Below are positions 1 through 8,574 of a stretch of 32,000 bases of DNA, in pieces. Location: the NCBI RefSeq assembly GCF_001457595.1, contig NZ_LN831039.1:2970001-3002000 (forward strand). The letters run 5' to 3'. The stretch is from Mycolicibacterium smegmatis. Its GTDB lineage: Bacteria; Actinomycetota; Actinomycetes; Mycobacteriales; Mycobacteriaceae. A program made the position numbers and the translations under genes. The notes beneath the pieces were generated by a model. The model was not told the origin of the DNA, searched no databases, and was given only the letters and a program-made list of their open reading frames with translations. The first letter of the stretch is position 1. Every line of letters begins with the position of its first letter.

Positions 1-1149
1 TTCGCGCACACTCCAGCGCGGGTCGAGCGCGGAATCGGGGTTCTGGTAGACGAACTGGATGTTCTTCCAGTGTGCGCGGCGGTCGCGGTGGCCGAGTCGC
101 GTGATGTCGTGGCCCAGCACCTCGATCGATCCGCGGGTGGGCTGGGTCAATCCGATGATCATCTTCGCGGTTGTGGACTTGCCGGATCCGGACTCGCCGA
201 CCAGGGCCAGTGTCTCGCCGCGACGCACGGTGAAGCTGATGTCGTCGACCGCGCGGTGGCGGTGACGCCTGTCGAGCCGGAACTCCTTGCTGACGTGGGC
301 GACTCGGATGATCTCGTCGGCAGGGGCATGGACATTCTCGTGGGCCGCGGCCGGTGGGGTGATGCCGGCCCCGATGCGGCGTACCAGGGCGGCGGTGTAC
401 TCCGACGACGGGCGGCTGACGATGTCGTCGACCGGGGCATCCTCCACGATCTGTCCCTTGCGCATCACCACGACACGCGATGCGTGATCGGTGGCGACGC
501 CGATGTCGTGGGTGACGAACAGTACGGTGGTGCCGTGTTCGGCGACCAGGCGATCGAACACCCGCAGCACCTGGGCCTGCACGGTCACGTCGAGCGCGGA
601 GGTCGGTTCGTCGGCGACGAGCAGTTTGGGGTTGAGCCCGAAAGCGATCGCGATCAGCACCCGCTGGCGCATGCCGCCGGACAGTTCACCCGGATGCTGG
701 CGCAGCCGTCGCTCGGGTTGGTCGATCTCGACCTGTTCGAGCAGATCGATGCACCGCCGCCGACGCTCGGCGCGGCTGAGCTTCTCATCTCGGAGGTCGA
801 AGATCTCGGCGATCTGCGAACCGATGGTGCGCACCGGGTTGAGCGACGCGCCCGGATCCTGCGGCACCAGTCCGACCGTGGTGCCGCGGATTCGGCTCCA
901 CTCCCGTTCGGTCAGGCCCAGGATGCCGGCGCCGTCCAATGCGAGGGTGTCGGCGGTGACGGTCGCGGTGCGTGGCAGCAGACCCAGCACGGTGTTCACC
1001 AGGGTGGTCTTGCCCGAACCGGATTCGCCGACGATGGCGACGAATTCACCGGCCGCCAGGCTCAGGTTCACGTGGCCGAGCGCGATCTTCGGTGTGATTC
1101 CGTCACCGGGATAGGTCACGGTGAGATCGGACAGTTCGAGCAGCGGCAC
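1..1149 (-). CDS. ABC transporter ATP-binding protein with two fused nucleotide-binding domains (Dpp/Opp peptide-nickel type); 3' end runs off the window
   Basis: Minus-strand translation from GTG at 1149 (SD GGAGAA at 1155-1160) reads VPLLELSDLTVTYPG...GEFVAIVGESGSGKTT (Walker A ~1004-1030). It continues with an LSGGMRQR signature (661-690), LLVADEPTSALD Walker B (~589-625) and a second Walker A GESGSGKST (~172-200). It is missing from the ORF track because it has no stop inside the window. The + ORF 70..1275 is its antisense shadow. Confidence 0.85.
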   Translation of the reverse strand, partial: MPLLELSDLTVTYPGDGITPKIALGHVNLSLAAGEFVAIVGESGSGKTTLVNTVLGLLPRTATVTADTLALDGAGILGLTEREWSRIRGTTVGLVPQDPGASLNPVRTIGSQIAEIFDLRDEKLSRAERRRRCIDLLEQVEIDQPERRLRQHPGELSGGMRQRVLIAIAFGLNPKLLVADEPTSALDVTVQAQVLRVFDRLVAEHGTTVLFVTHDIGVATDHASRVVVMRKGQIVEDAPVDDIVSRPSSEYTAALVRRIGAGITPPAAAHENVHAPADEIIRVAHVSKEFRLDRRHRHRAVDDISFTVRRGETLALVGESGSGKSTTAKMIIGLTQPTRGSIEVLGHDITRLGHRDRRAHWKNIQFVYQNPDSALDPRWSVRE

Positions 1150-1163
1150 GGCGGTTCTCCGAT

Positions 1164-2036
1164 TCAGATGTTGTTGGACTTGAGCACGCGCCGGCTCACG
1201 ACGCCGAGCGCGACGATGACGACGAGGATCACCGCACCGGGCAGCGAGGTGAGCCACCACGCGGTGGCCAGGTAGCTGCGGCCCTCGGCGACCAGGAGCC
1301 CCCACTCCGGGGTCGGCGGTGGTGCGCTGTAGCCGAGGTAGCCCAGGGCGGAGATCGCGAGAATCGCTGCGCTCAGGTCGATCACGGCCAGGGCCACCAC
1401 GGCGCCGATCGCGTTGGGCACGATGTGACGCCGGATCACCGACCAGCTGCTCTCGCCGGAGAGGAACGCGGCCTCGACGTAGTCGAGGGCACGCACCCGC
1501 ATCACCTCCGCGCGGAACACGCGCGCGAAGATCGCGATCGAACCGATCCCGACACCGATGCCGACCGACAGCGGACCGGCCCCGTAGGCCGTGACGATCC
1601 ACACCGACACCAGGAACCCGGGCAGCGCGAGAAGCACGTCGCTCAACCGCATTCCGACCGCGTCGGCGACCGGACCCGACACGCCGGCCAGGATGCCGAT
1701 GATGCTGCCGACCACCAGGCCGACGGCGACCGCGAGTCCCGCGGTGAGCAGTGTGTGGGACGTACCGTGGATGACGCGGGTCAACACATCGCGCCCGAGG
1801 TGGTCGGTGCCGAACCAGTGTGCCCAACTGGGCGGCTGGAACTTCTCCAACCGGTTGCCGTTGAGCGGGTCCGCGCTGGTGAACACCCCCGGCGCGACGG
1901 CCCACGCCGCCACCAGCACCAGCAGCGCCCCGGAGATGCGCGCCGACCACGGTGCCGCGCGCAACGCCGAAAGCGATTTGTTCCGGCGGGTTTCGGTGTC
2001 CGGGTGATCGGACGGTGGGCCGACGGTGATGCTCAC
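1164..2036 (-). CDS. ABC transporter permease (DppC/OppC-like)
   Basis: 290-aa ORF with multiple hydrophobic helices and typical binding-protein-dependent permease sequence (WFGTDHLGRDVLTRVIHG...). GTG start at 2036 overlaps the upstream stop (GTGA at 2033-2036). Confidence 0.85.
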   Translation of the reverse strand: MSITVGPPSDHPDTETRRNKSLSALRAAPWSARISGALLVLVAAWAVAPGVFTSADPLNGNRLEKFQPPSWAHWFGTDHLGRDVLTRVIHGTSHTLLTAGLAVAVGLVVGSIIGILAGVSGPVADAVGMRLSDVLLALPGFLVSVWIVTAYGAGPLSVGIGVGIGSIAIFARVFRAEVMRVRALDYVEAAFLSGESSWSVIRRHIVPNAIGAVVALAVIDLSAAILAISALGYLGYSAPPPTPEWGLLVAEGRSYLATAWWLTSLPGAVILVVIVALGVVSRRVLKSNNI

Positions 2037-3001
2037 GTGAACCTACCCAACCGGGTGCTGAAACCCTGCCGTTGTGACTTTGTGACGCGGGGGTCGAGAA
2101 CCGGGTACAGCAGATCCACCAGCAGGTTCACCCCGACGATCACCACCGAGGTGAGCAGCACCAGGCCCTGGATCAACGAGATGTCCTGGTTGGACACGGC
2201 CTGCAGCAGCACGGTGCCCAGCCCGGACCGGGAGAACACGGTCTCGGTGACCACCGACCCGCCCAGCAGCGCACCGATGGTGGTGGCCGTGACCGTCAGT
2301 GCCGGGCCCGCCGCGTTCTTGAGCACGTGCCTGCGGATCACCCAGGTGGGGCTGCCACCTTTGGCGCGGGCGGTGTTGATGTGCGGCAGGGCAAGCGTGG
2401 CCTCGGCATTCTTGAGCAGCACCTGGGCGATCGGCGCCGAGATCGGCACGGCCAGCACCGTCGCCGGCACCAGCAGAGACGCCAGAGAGCCGTCGGGGAA
2501 CAGCGAGAACAACCCGAGTTGCACCGAGAAGATCTGCAGCACCACCAGCCCCAGCCAGAATGTCGGGATCGCGCTGAACAGCGGGGGAATGCTGCGAATG
2601 AATGTCCGCAGCCACTCGAACCGGGTTGTCGAGGCCAGCAGCAGCGTCGCCAGCGCGAACGCCAACGCCAGGACGGTCGCGGTGCCGGCCAGTTTGAGCG
2701 TCTCTCCGATCACGCTGCCGATTCGGTCGGTGACCGCTTGTCCACTGGACAGCGAGAACCCGAATTGTCCGTGCAGCAACTGGTTGAGCTGTGAGAAGTA
2801 CTGCACGTACGCCGGGCGGTCGTACCCGTAGAACTCCTTGACCTGCTCGACGATCTCCGGGTTGAAGTAGCCGTCGCCTTTGGCGACGAAGATCGACACC
2901 GGGTCGGTCGGCAGGATGCTCACGCCCCAGAAGATCACGGTGAATGCCAACAGCAGCACGAGCAGCGACTGGCCGATGCGGGCGGCGGCATAGCGGAGCA
3001 T
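2033..3001 (-). CDS. ABC transporter permease (DppB/OppB-like)
   Basis: The ORF 2033..3100 is trimmed to ATG at 3001 (MLRYAAARIGQSLLVLLLAF...), the typical DppB N-terminus. This start lies 2 nt after the binding-protein stop at 3004. The upstream 33 codons are Arg/Gly-rich and overlap the preceding gene. Confidence 0.8.
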   Translation of the reverse strand: MLRYAAARIGQSLLVLLLAFTVIFWGVSILPTDPVSIFVAKGDGYFNPEIVEQVKEFYGYDRPAYVQYFSQLNQLLHGQFGFSLSSGQAVTDRIGSVIGETLKLAGTATVLALAFALATLLLASTTRFEWLRTFIRSIPPLFSAIPTFWLGLVVLQIFSVQLGLFSLFPDGSLASLLVPATVLAVPISAPIAQVLLKNAEATLALPHINTARAKGGSPTWVIRRHVLKNAAGPALTVTATTIGALLGGSVVTETVFSRSGLGTVLLQAVSNQDISLIQGLVLLTSVVIVGVNLLVDLLYPVLDPRVTKSQRQGFSTRLGRFT

Positions 3002-3003
3002 GG

Positions 3004-4590
3004 TCAGTTCTTCCAGGCGCTCTGGAACAGCGGTTCGGTGTAGTTGGTGAACTCGACGTGCACGTTGGGCGCGGCCGCGTGCACCTGCACCTCGTCCCAC
3101 AGAATCAGTGCCAGTTGATCGTCGATCACCTTCTTCTGGATCCGCGCGGCGATGTCTTTGGCGTGCGCAGGATCGGTGGCCCGCAGTTCTTCGGCCGACA
3201 ACGCGATCAGCTCGTCGTTGGTGGCGAAGGTCAGGTTGCCGTTCGCGCGACCGAACAGCATGCCCAGCCCGTTGTTGTAACTCGTGCGGGTGCCAAGCAG
3301 CGGCGTGGATCCGTCGGCGTTGGCGGCGTTGAACAACGTGGTGTCACCGGCGCGGTTCTGCAGCGCCACTCCGAGCTCGCGCCAGCCCGACTCGATGAAC
3401 TCGAACGCCGGACGGAACACCACGCTCTGGTTCGACGCGGCCAGCGTGAGGTTGAGCTTCTTGCCGTCCTTCTCCCGGATACCGTCGCCGCCGACCTTCC
3501 AACCGGCCTCGTCGAGCAGCGCCGCGGCCCTTCGGGGGTCGTATCCCAGATCTGCGCTCTCGTCGGTGAACAGCGGATCGTCGTGTCCCAGAACGGAATC
3601 AGCAGCCCGATAACTGGGGGACAGCACGGTGTCGACGACGGCCTGGCGGTCGATGCCCAGTTGCAGCGCGCGGCGGACCCGTTGATCGCTGACCAGCTCG
3701 TTGTTGATGCGAAATCCGACGATGTTGGCGGTGAGGATCGGCGCGGCCACCGGAATCACCTGGAAGCCACCCTGGGCCAGGGCCGGTTCGTCGGTGGGCT
3801 GGATGCCGCGGGCGAGATCGACCTGTCCCGACTGCACGGCACCGGCCCGCAGGCCGGGTTCGCCGATCACCCGCACCACGAGCTTGTCGAGGTACGCAGC
3901 GCCCTGGTTGGGTGAATTGACCGGCGGCCACGCGTAATCCGGCCGTTTGGTGAGCACGACCTCCTGGTCGGGGACGTGCGACTGGTAGACGAAAGGTCCA
4001 GAGCCGACGACGTTCTCGATCTTGGCCTGGCCGTCGAAATCGAGCGCCAGGGTCTTCTCCCCGCGGATCCCGGCGCGACCGTTGGCGACGACGCGGTAGA
4101 AGTTGCTGTTGGGTTGGTCGAGGAACACGGTGATGGTGTTGCCGTTGACCTCACTGTGGTCGTACCCGACGAAATCGCTGAACGGCGGGATCTTCTTGGC
4201 CGGATCTCCCTTGCCGAGTTGATCGAAGTTCGCCTTGACGACCTCGGCGGTCAACGGGGTTCCATCGCTGAAGGTGACATCGTCGCGGATCGTGAAGGTG
4301 TACCGGGTCGCGTCGTCGTTGCGGCTGAACTCTTCGGCCAGCCAGCCGTACACCTCACCGGTCTTCGGGTCGAGGTACACCAGCCGGTCGACGACCTGGA
4401 ACAGCAGATTGGCTGTCGTGTAGTTGGTGCTCAGCGCGTCGGTGACGAACTGCACGTCGGAGAAGGTGAGGGTGCCGCCGGGCTGCGGCTGCCCACTCGG
4501 TCCGGAACTGGCCGACTGCTGCTGACCGGAGCAGGCTGCCAGCACCGCCACCGCAAGGGTGCCGGCAATCATTTTGTGCAAACGGCGCAT
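3004..4590 (-). CDS. Family-5 (peptide/nickel) solute-binding lipoprotein
   Basis: The ORF 3004..4728 is trimmed to ATG at 4590, preceded by SD GAGGA. The N-terminus MRRLHKMIAGTLAVAVLAACSG carries a lipobox (LAAC). The body looks like family-5 SBP (GGTLTF...DRLVYLDPKTGEV...TFTIRDDVTFSDGTPLTAEVV). Confidence 0.85.
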   Translation of the reverse strand: MRRLHKMIAGTLAVAVLAACSGQQQSASSGPSGQPQPGGTLTFSDVQFVTDALSTNYTTANLLFQVVDRLVYLDPKTGEVYGWLAEEFSRNDDATRYTFTIRDDVTFSDGTPLTAEVVKANFDQLGKGDPAKKIPPFSDFVGYDHSEVNGNTITVFLDQPNSNFYRVVANGRAGIRGEKTLALDFDGQAKIENVVGSGPFVYQSHVPDQEVVLTKRPDYAWPPVNSPNQGAAYLDKLVVRVIGEPGLRAGAVQSGQVDLARGIQPTDEPALAQGGFQVIPVAAPILTANIVGFRINNELVSDQRVRRALQLGIDRQAVVDTVLSPSYRAADSVLGHDDPLFTDESADLGYDPRRAAALLDEAGWKVGGDGIREKDGKKLNLTLAASNQSVVFRPAFEFIESGWRELGVALQNRAGDTTLFNAANADGSTPLLGTRTSYNNGLGMLFGRANGNLTFATNDELIALSAEELRATDPAHAKDIAARIQKKVIDDQLALILWDEVQVHAAAPNVHVEFTNYTEPLFQSAWKN

Positions 4591-4806
4591 CGGGTCCTCG
4601 TCTGGGAGTCGGGGGACGGCCACGATGCACAGTCGCGGTGGGGCAAAGCTTTTCGCCGGCACACCGGCAGTGTCGGACCGCCCGAACGTACGCCGAACGT
4701 TAGGGGCGGGGTCCAACGCGCTCAACAATTTATCTTGCAGTGCGCAAAAGTATCCTGCCCGGGCGATATTCGCGACGCGATGACCGGAAAGGTCTGCGGA
4801 GCGGGA

Positions 4807-6216
4807 CTACAGGTGAGGCTGGGCGGCCACGGCCGCGCACGCCTTCGGGGTACGCCAGGCGCGCGGCAGGGCCACCGCGACGCCGATCACGCCGAGGGCC
4901 AGAGGTACCAGCAACGCCAACCGGTACGAGTCGAGCTGCCCGGCACCGGCCGTCGTCGCCGCGACCTGGACCGCCGTGGCCGCGGCCAGTCCGACCGCCG
5001 CACCGAACTGGAAGGTCGTGTAGAGCAGACCGCTGGTGAGCCCCTGCGACGACTCCTCGACACCGTCGGTCGCGGCGATCGTCAGCGGCCCGTAGGCCAG
5101 GGTGAACGCGAGCCCGAGCGCCAGCAGGCTCGGCAGCATGCTCAGATACCCCCAGTCCTGTTCGACGCCCAGGAACAGCAGGAACGACAGCGCCGCGAAC
5201 GCCATGCCTGCCGCGATGACGCGCCACAGACCGAACCAGCGCACCAGCACAGGCGTGAGTGTGGGAGCCAGCACCGCGTCGATACCGGCCACCAGCAGCG
5301 CCAGCGCCGTCGTCATCGCCGACCAGCCGCGCAACTCTTGCAGGTAGAGCACGACGATGAACTGGAAACCCATGAATCCGGCAGCCAGACAGCCCGCCCC
5401 CACGTAGGCGTTGACCTGCGAACCCGGCCGCAGCAGCGCCGGCGGTACCAACGGGTCGGCTGCGGTGCGCTGCCGGGCGGCGAATCCCGCGAACAGGGCG
5501 AGCGCGAGCAGGCCGAACGACACCGATCCGAGAACTGTTCCGTGGGCGGCGTTTTCGATTGCCGTCACGGTGAGCACCACGGCGCCGGTGACGAGTACCG
5601 CACCGGGAACATCCAACGTTCGCCTCGCTGTGACATCGTCGCGAGGGATCAGCGGGACCGCCAGCAGCAGCACCACCGACGCGAGCACGACGGGCGCGAA
5701 GAACACCCACCGCCAACCGAACGCGGTCAGCACACCTCCCGCGACGAGTCCCAGTGAGAACCCCGCCGCACCGATGCCGGCATAGATGAGCACAGCCCGA
5801 TCCCGTTGCGGCCCTTCGGGAAAACTCGTCGTGATGATCGAGAGCCCGGCCGGCATGAGAAACGCCGCGGCGATCCCGGTGATCACCCGCACCGTGATCA
5901 CCGTGGCTCCGTTGGGCGCGACACCACCCAACGCCGACATCCCGATGAAGATGACCAGGGCGGTCAGGAACACCCGCCGCCGCCCGTACACGTCGGCCGT
6001 GCGTCCGCCGAGCAGCATGAACCCGCCGTAGCCGATGACGTATCCGCTGACGATCCACTGCAGTTCGACGGTCGGGAGGTCGAGTGCCTGCCGGATGGTG
6101 GGCAGTGCGATGTTGAACATCGCGATGTCGATGCCCTCCAGGAAGGCTGCGCCGCACAGCGTTGCGAGCAGCAACGCCGCGCGGAAACCGGTTGCCCTGA
6201 CGTCGACCGAGTCCAT
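4807..6216 (-). CDS. MFS transporter, DHA2 (EmrB/QacA-like, 14-TMS type) efflux pump
   Basis: 469-aa highly hydrophobic ORF. The N-terminal motif region reads LCGAAFLEGIDIAMFNIALPTI...GGRTADVYGRRRVF (MFS motif A-like). It is divergent from an HxlR regulator. Confidence 0.8.
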   Translation of the reverse strand: MDSVDVRATGFRAALLLATLCGAAFLEGIDIAMFNIALPTIRQALDLPTVELQWIVSGYVIGYGGFMLLGGRTADVYGRRRVFLTALVIFIGMSALGGVAPNGATVITVRVITGIAAAFLMPAGLSIITTSFPEGPQRDRAVLIYAGIGAAGFSLGLVAGGVLTAFGWRWVFFAPVVLASVVLLLAVPLIPRDDVTARRTLDVPGAVLVTGAVVLTVTAIENAAHGTVLGSVSFGLLALALFAGFAARQRTAADPLVPPALLRPGSQVNAYVGAGCLAAGFMGFQFIVVLYLQELRGWSAMTTALALLVAGIDAVLAPTLTPVLVRWFGLWRVIAAGMAFAALSFLLFLGVEQDWGYLSMLPSLLALGLAFTLAYGPLTIAATDGVEESSQGLTSGLLYTTFQFGAAVGLAAATAVQVAATTAGAGQLDSYRLALLVPLALGVIGVAVALPRAWRTPKACAAVAAQPHL

Positions 6217-6272
6217 GCGACCACCTTTGGTTCCTCCTGGTAACTGACCACATCTTCAGGCACCATGGAGCG

Positions 6273-6692
6273 ATGGCGGAAGAAGGCACTTTGAAGTCAG
6301 TCGGTATCCCCAAGGGAACCGAGTGCTGCCCGGACGCTTTTCAATGGGACCGTCGCGAGGACTGCGAGGTCCGCCAGATCCTCGACCGCATCGCCGACAA
6401 GTGGTCGCTGCTCATCATCGCCCTGCTCGACGACGGGTCCATGCGGTTCACCGAGCTCAAACGCATGATCGACGGCATCAGCCAGCGGATGCTGACGGTC
6501 ACGCTGCGCCAACTCGAACGCGACGGCCTGGTGCGCCGCACCGTACACCCCGTCGTCCCGCCACGCGTGGACTACGAGTTGACCGATCTCGGCCGCACGC
6601 TGCACCAGACCGTGCAGCCTCTGGTCCGCTGGACCGAGGAGCATCAGCGCGACATCGCCGCGGCGCGGCAGCGATTCGACGAGGCGAACTGA
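6273..6692 (+). CDS. HxlR-family winged-helix transcriptional regulator
   Basis: Sequence CEVRQILDRIADKWSLLIIALLDDGSMRFTELKRMIDGISQRMLTVTLRQLERDGLVRRTVHPVVPPRVDYELTDLG is a textbook HxlR domain. It lies 56 bp from, and divergent to, the MFS gene. Confidence 0.85.
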   Translation: MAEEGTLKSVGIPKGTECCPDAFQWDRREDCEVRQILDRIADKWSLLIIALLDDGSMRFTELKRMIDGISQRMLTVTLRQLERDGLVRRTVHPVVPPRVDYELTDLGRTLHQTVQPLVRWTEEHQRDIAAARQRFDEAN

Positions 6693-6777
6693 CCCGGTTT
6701 CCGGGACTCCCGCGGAATGGATGTTGTCACGCGACCGTTTCTCACCTGAAGACTGATCAGCGGCGAAAGGGTGCGAC

Positions 6778-7200
6778 ATGACAGAGGCCATCGACTGGGA
6801 CCAGATGAACAACCAGGTGATCAAGGAGTTCCGGGAGACAGGCGGCAAGGCCGGCGGCCTCTTCGAGGGCAGCCCTCTGGTCCTGGTCCACCACACGGGT
6901 GCCAAGTCGGGGAAGCAACGGATCGCGCCTCTGGTGCCGCTGCTCGACGGCGACCGGATCTACATCTTCGGCAGCAAGGGCGGCGCCGACTCGCATCCGG
7001 ACTGGTACCACAACCTGGTGGCCAACCCGGACACCGTCGTGGAACTCGGCACCGAGACCTTCCCGGTCAAAGCGCGCGTGCTCACCGGTGCCGAACGTGA
7101 CGAGATCTACGCCAAGCAGGTCGCGGTCGCACCGCAGTTCGGCGATTACCAGCGCAAGACCACCCGCGTCATCCCGGTCGTCGAGTTGCAGCGCGTCTGA
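6778..7200 (+). CDS. Deazaflavin (F420)-dependent nitroreductase family protein (Ddn-like, split beta-barrel)
   Basis: 140 aa. LVLVHHTGAKSGKQRIAPLVPLLDGDRIYIFGSKGGADSHPDWYHNLVANPDTVVELG...RVIPVVEL matches the Ddn/DUF385-type pattern (KSG..R..PL, P.WY.NL.ANP). Confidence 0.8.
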   Translation: MTEAIDWDQMNNQVIKEFRETGGKAGGLFEGSPLVLVHHTGAKSGKQRIAPLVPLLDGDRIYIFGSKGGADSHPDWYHNLVANPDTVVELGTETFPVKARVLTGAERDEIYAKQVAVAPQFGDYQRKTTRVIPVVELQRV

Positions 7201-7201
7201 A

Positions 7202-7230
7202 CGCTCGTGCGATCTAGAGGCGCACGAGCG
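7202..7230. terminator. Perfect 10-bp GC-rich inverted repeat (CGCTCGTGCG-N9-CGCACGAGCG) between convergent genes; candidate bidirectional terminator
   Basis: Read directly: arm 7202-7211, loop 7212-7220, arm 7221-7230. It starts 2 nt after the TGA of the + gene (7198-7200). It contains the TAG (7214-7216) and the last codons of the minus gene. No U-tract. Confidence 0.4.
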
Positions 7231-7693
7231 AGAACGGGTAGGTGAACGTGCCGCCAGGCGCGCCGTCGCAACCCGCGGCGAACGAGGACTCCAAGGTGCC
7301 CTGCAGTGTCTCCGCATCCCACGAGTACACGTCGCGGGTGGCGATCACCGGACCGTAATACACGTTGCCGCAACGCAATCCGTCCGGCACGTCGACGGTC
7401 AACGTGTAACGCCCGTCGGTCAGATACGCATTGGCCCGGTACTCGAACGCCTTCGCGACCGGCATCGGTATCGCGGTGATCTGCACGCAGTCGGCCGCTT
7501 CCGGAACGCAGTACGACACCGCCCATGTCCAGGTGTGGAAGTCGTATCGGTCGGGGATGATCAGCTGATAGTTCGCGTAGAACGCCCGGGCCGGCGCTGC
7601 CGACAGGACGGCCGCCACCGTGACCCCGGTTACCATGGCCCCGGCCGTCATCAGCCCGGACATCAGCACGGAAACAGCCTTCCGTGTGCGCAT
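7214..7693 (-). CDS. Small secreted protein, four conserved Cys, unknown function
   Basis: The ORF 7214..7711 is trimmed to ATG 7693 (SD GAGGAG 6 nt upstream). The signal peptide is MRTRKAVSVLMSGLMTAGAMVTGVTVAAVLSAAPARA. The mature part has Cys in SYC, ADC, LRC and AGC contexts and ends TYPFSLVRL. Confidence 0.65.
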   Translation of the reverse strand: MRTRKAVSVLMSGLMTAGAMVTGVTVAAVLSAAPARAFYANYQLIIPDRYDFHTWTWAVSYCVPEAADCVQITAIPMPVAKAFEYRANAYLTDGRYTLTVDVPDGLRCGNVYYGPVIATRDVYSWDAETLQGTLESSFAAGCDGAPGGTFTYPFSLVRL

Positions 7694-7725
7694 GTGTTCT
7701 CCTCGTGTCAACCCGCATCGCTTCC

Positions 7726-7747
7726 GTAGGTGCGTGCTCGCACCTAC
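7726..7747 (-). terminator. Perfect 9-bp hairpin (GTAGGTGCG-TGCT-CGCACCTAC) enclosing the SDR stop codon
   Basis: Read directly. The stop TAG of the SDR (7744-7746 on the minus strand) lies inside one arm. The hairpin sits between the SDR and the downstream secreted-protein gene on the same strand. No U-tract. Confidence 0.35.
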
Positions 7748-8574
7748 ATGTGCGAGCCGCCGTCGATGCGGACCTCGGTGCCGGTGATGAAGTACGCGTC
7801 GGCGCTGCCCAGCATCGCGACCACGCCCGCGACCGCATCGGGTCGGGCGAAGATCGCGCCGCCGTCGAGCGGGAGCATCGGGGCCACCTTGCCGAACAGG
7901 GAGAAGTCCGCGTCCTCGGGAAGCCCGGGGCCGATGCTCTGCCGCGACGCCCCGGTTCCGTCGGTCATCCCCGACGAGATGGAGCCCGGCTGAACCGAAT
8001 TGAAGCGGATGCCGGCCTTCGCGAACTCCAGTGCCCAGGCGTGGGTCATCGCCAGCACGCCACCCTTGGACGCGGCGTAGGCGGCCATGTAGGGATGTGC
8101 GAAGTGCGCCGAGGTCGAACTGAAGTTCACCACAGCGGGCCGGTGGCCCTCGAGGAGCGCGCCGATGGCCTCGCGGGTCACCAGGAACGTCCCGGTCAGG
8201 TTGATGCGCAGGACCTGTTCGAAGTCGGCGAGGGAGGTCTGCGCCAGGTGGCTCGACCGTAGGATGCCCGCGGCGTTGACCAGGGTGTCGAGCCCGCCCA
8301 GCTCGGCGACCGCCGCGGCGACCCCGGCGCGCACCGAATCCTCATCGCCGACGTCGAGCGTCACGGTGGTCAACCGACTGCTGAACTCACCGGCCTTGCC
8401 CGTGGTGTCGTCGAGGCCCTCGGGGCTGATGTCGGCGGCCACCACCTGAGCGCCCTCGGCGAGGATCCGCAGTACGCAGGCCTGGCCGATCCCGGATCCA
8501 CCCCCGGTGATGAGCACCCGCCGACCGGCGTACCGCGATGGTGCGATCGGTGATTCGGCCTGCAGATCGGGCAC
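7744..8574 (-). CDS. Short-chain dehydrogenase/reductase (classical SDR, FabG-like)
   Basis: The ORF 7744..8787 is trimmed to GTG 8574 (SD GGGAG 7 nt upstream). Motifs present: VLITGGGSGIG (TGxxxGxG), NAAG, catalytic YAASK, and C-terminal ITGTEVRIDGG. The longer ATG-started form adds about 70 Arg/Pro/Gly-rich residues that are atypical for SDRs. Confidence 0.85.
   Translation of the reverse strand: MPDLQAESPIAPSRYAGRRVLITGGGSGIGQACVLRILAEGAQVVAADISPEGLDDTTGKAGEFSSRLTTVTLDVGDEDSVRAGVAAAVAELGGLDTLVNAAGILRSSHLAQTSLADFEQVLRINLTGTFLVTREAIGALLEGHRPAVVNFSSTSAHFAHPYMAAYAASKGGVLAMTHAWALEFAKAGIRFNSVQPGSISSGMTDGTGASRQSIGPGLPEDADFSLFGKVAPMLPLDGGAIFARPDAVAGVVAMLGSADAYFITGTEVRIDGGSHM

Noticed and set aside
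70-1275. 401-aa + strand ORF, plus nested + ORFs, across the start of the window
   Set aside because: It is antisense to an ABC ATPase with unmistakable Walker A, signature and Walker B motifs on the minus strand. Its translation is Arg/Gly/Asp/His-rich with no motifs. This is a typical high-GC shadow ORF.
6217-6272. 4-bp dyads (TGGT-N5-ACCA, CTGA-N8-TCAG) in the MFS/HxlR intergenic region as HxlR operators
   Set aside because: They are too short to distinguish from chance.
3976-6313. Very long ORFs 3976..5757 (+, 593 aa) and 4730..6313 (-, 527 aa)
   Set aside because: They lie opposite or out of frame to the well-supported solute-binding protein and MFS genes. Their products are dominated by R, G, P, H and D runs and span a clear intergenic region.
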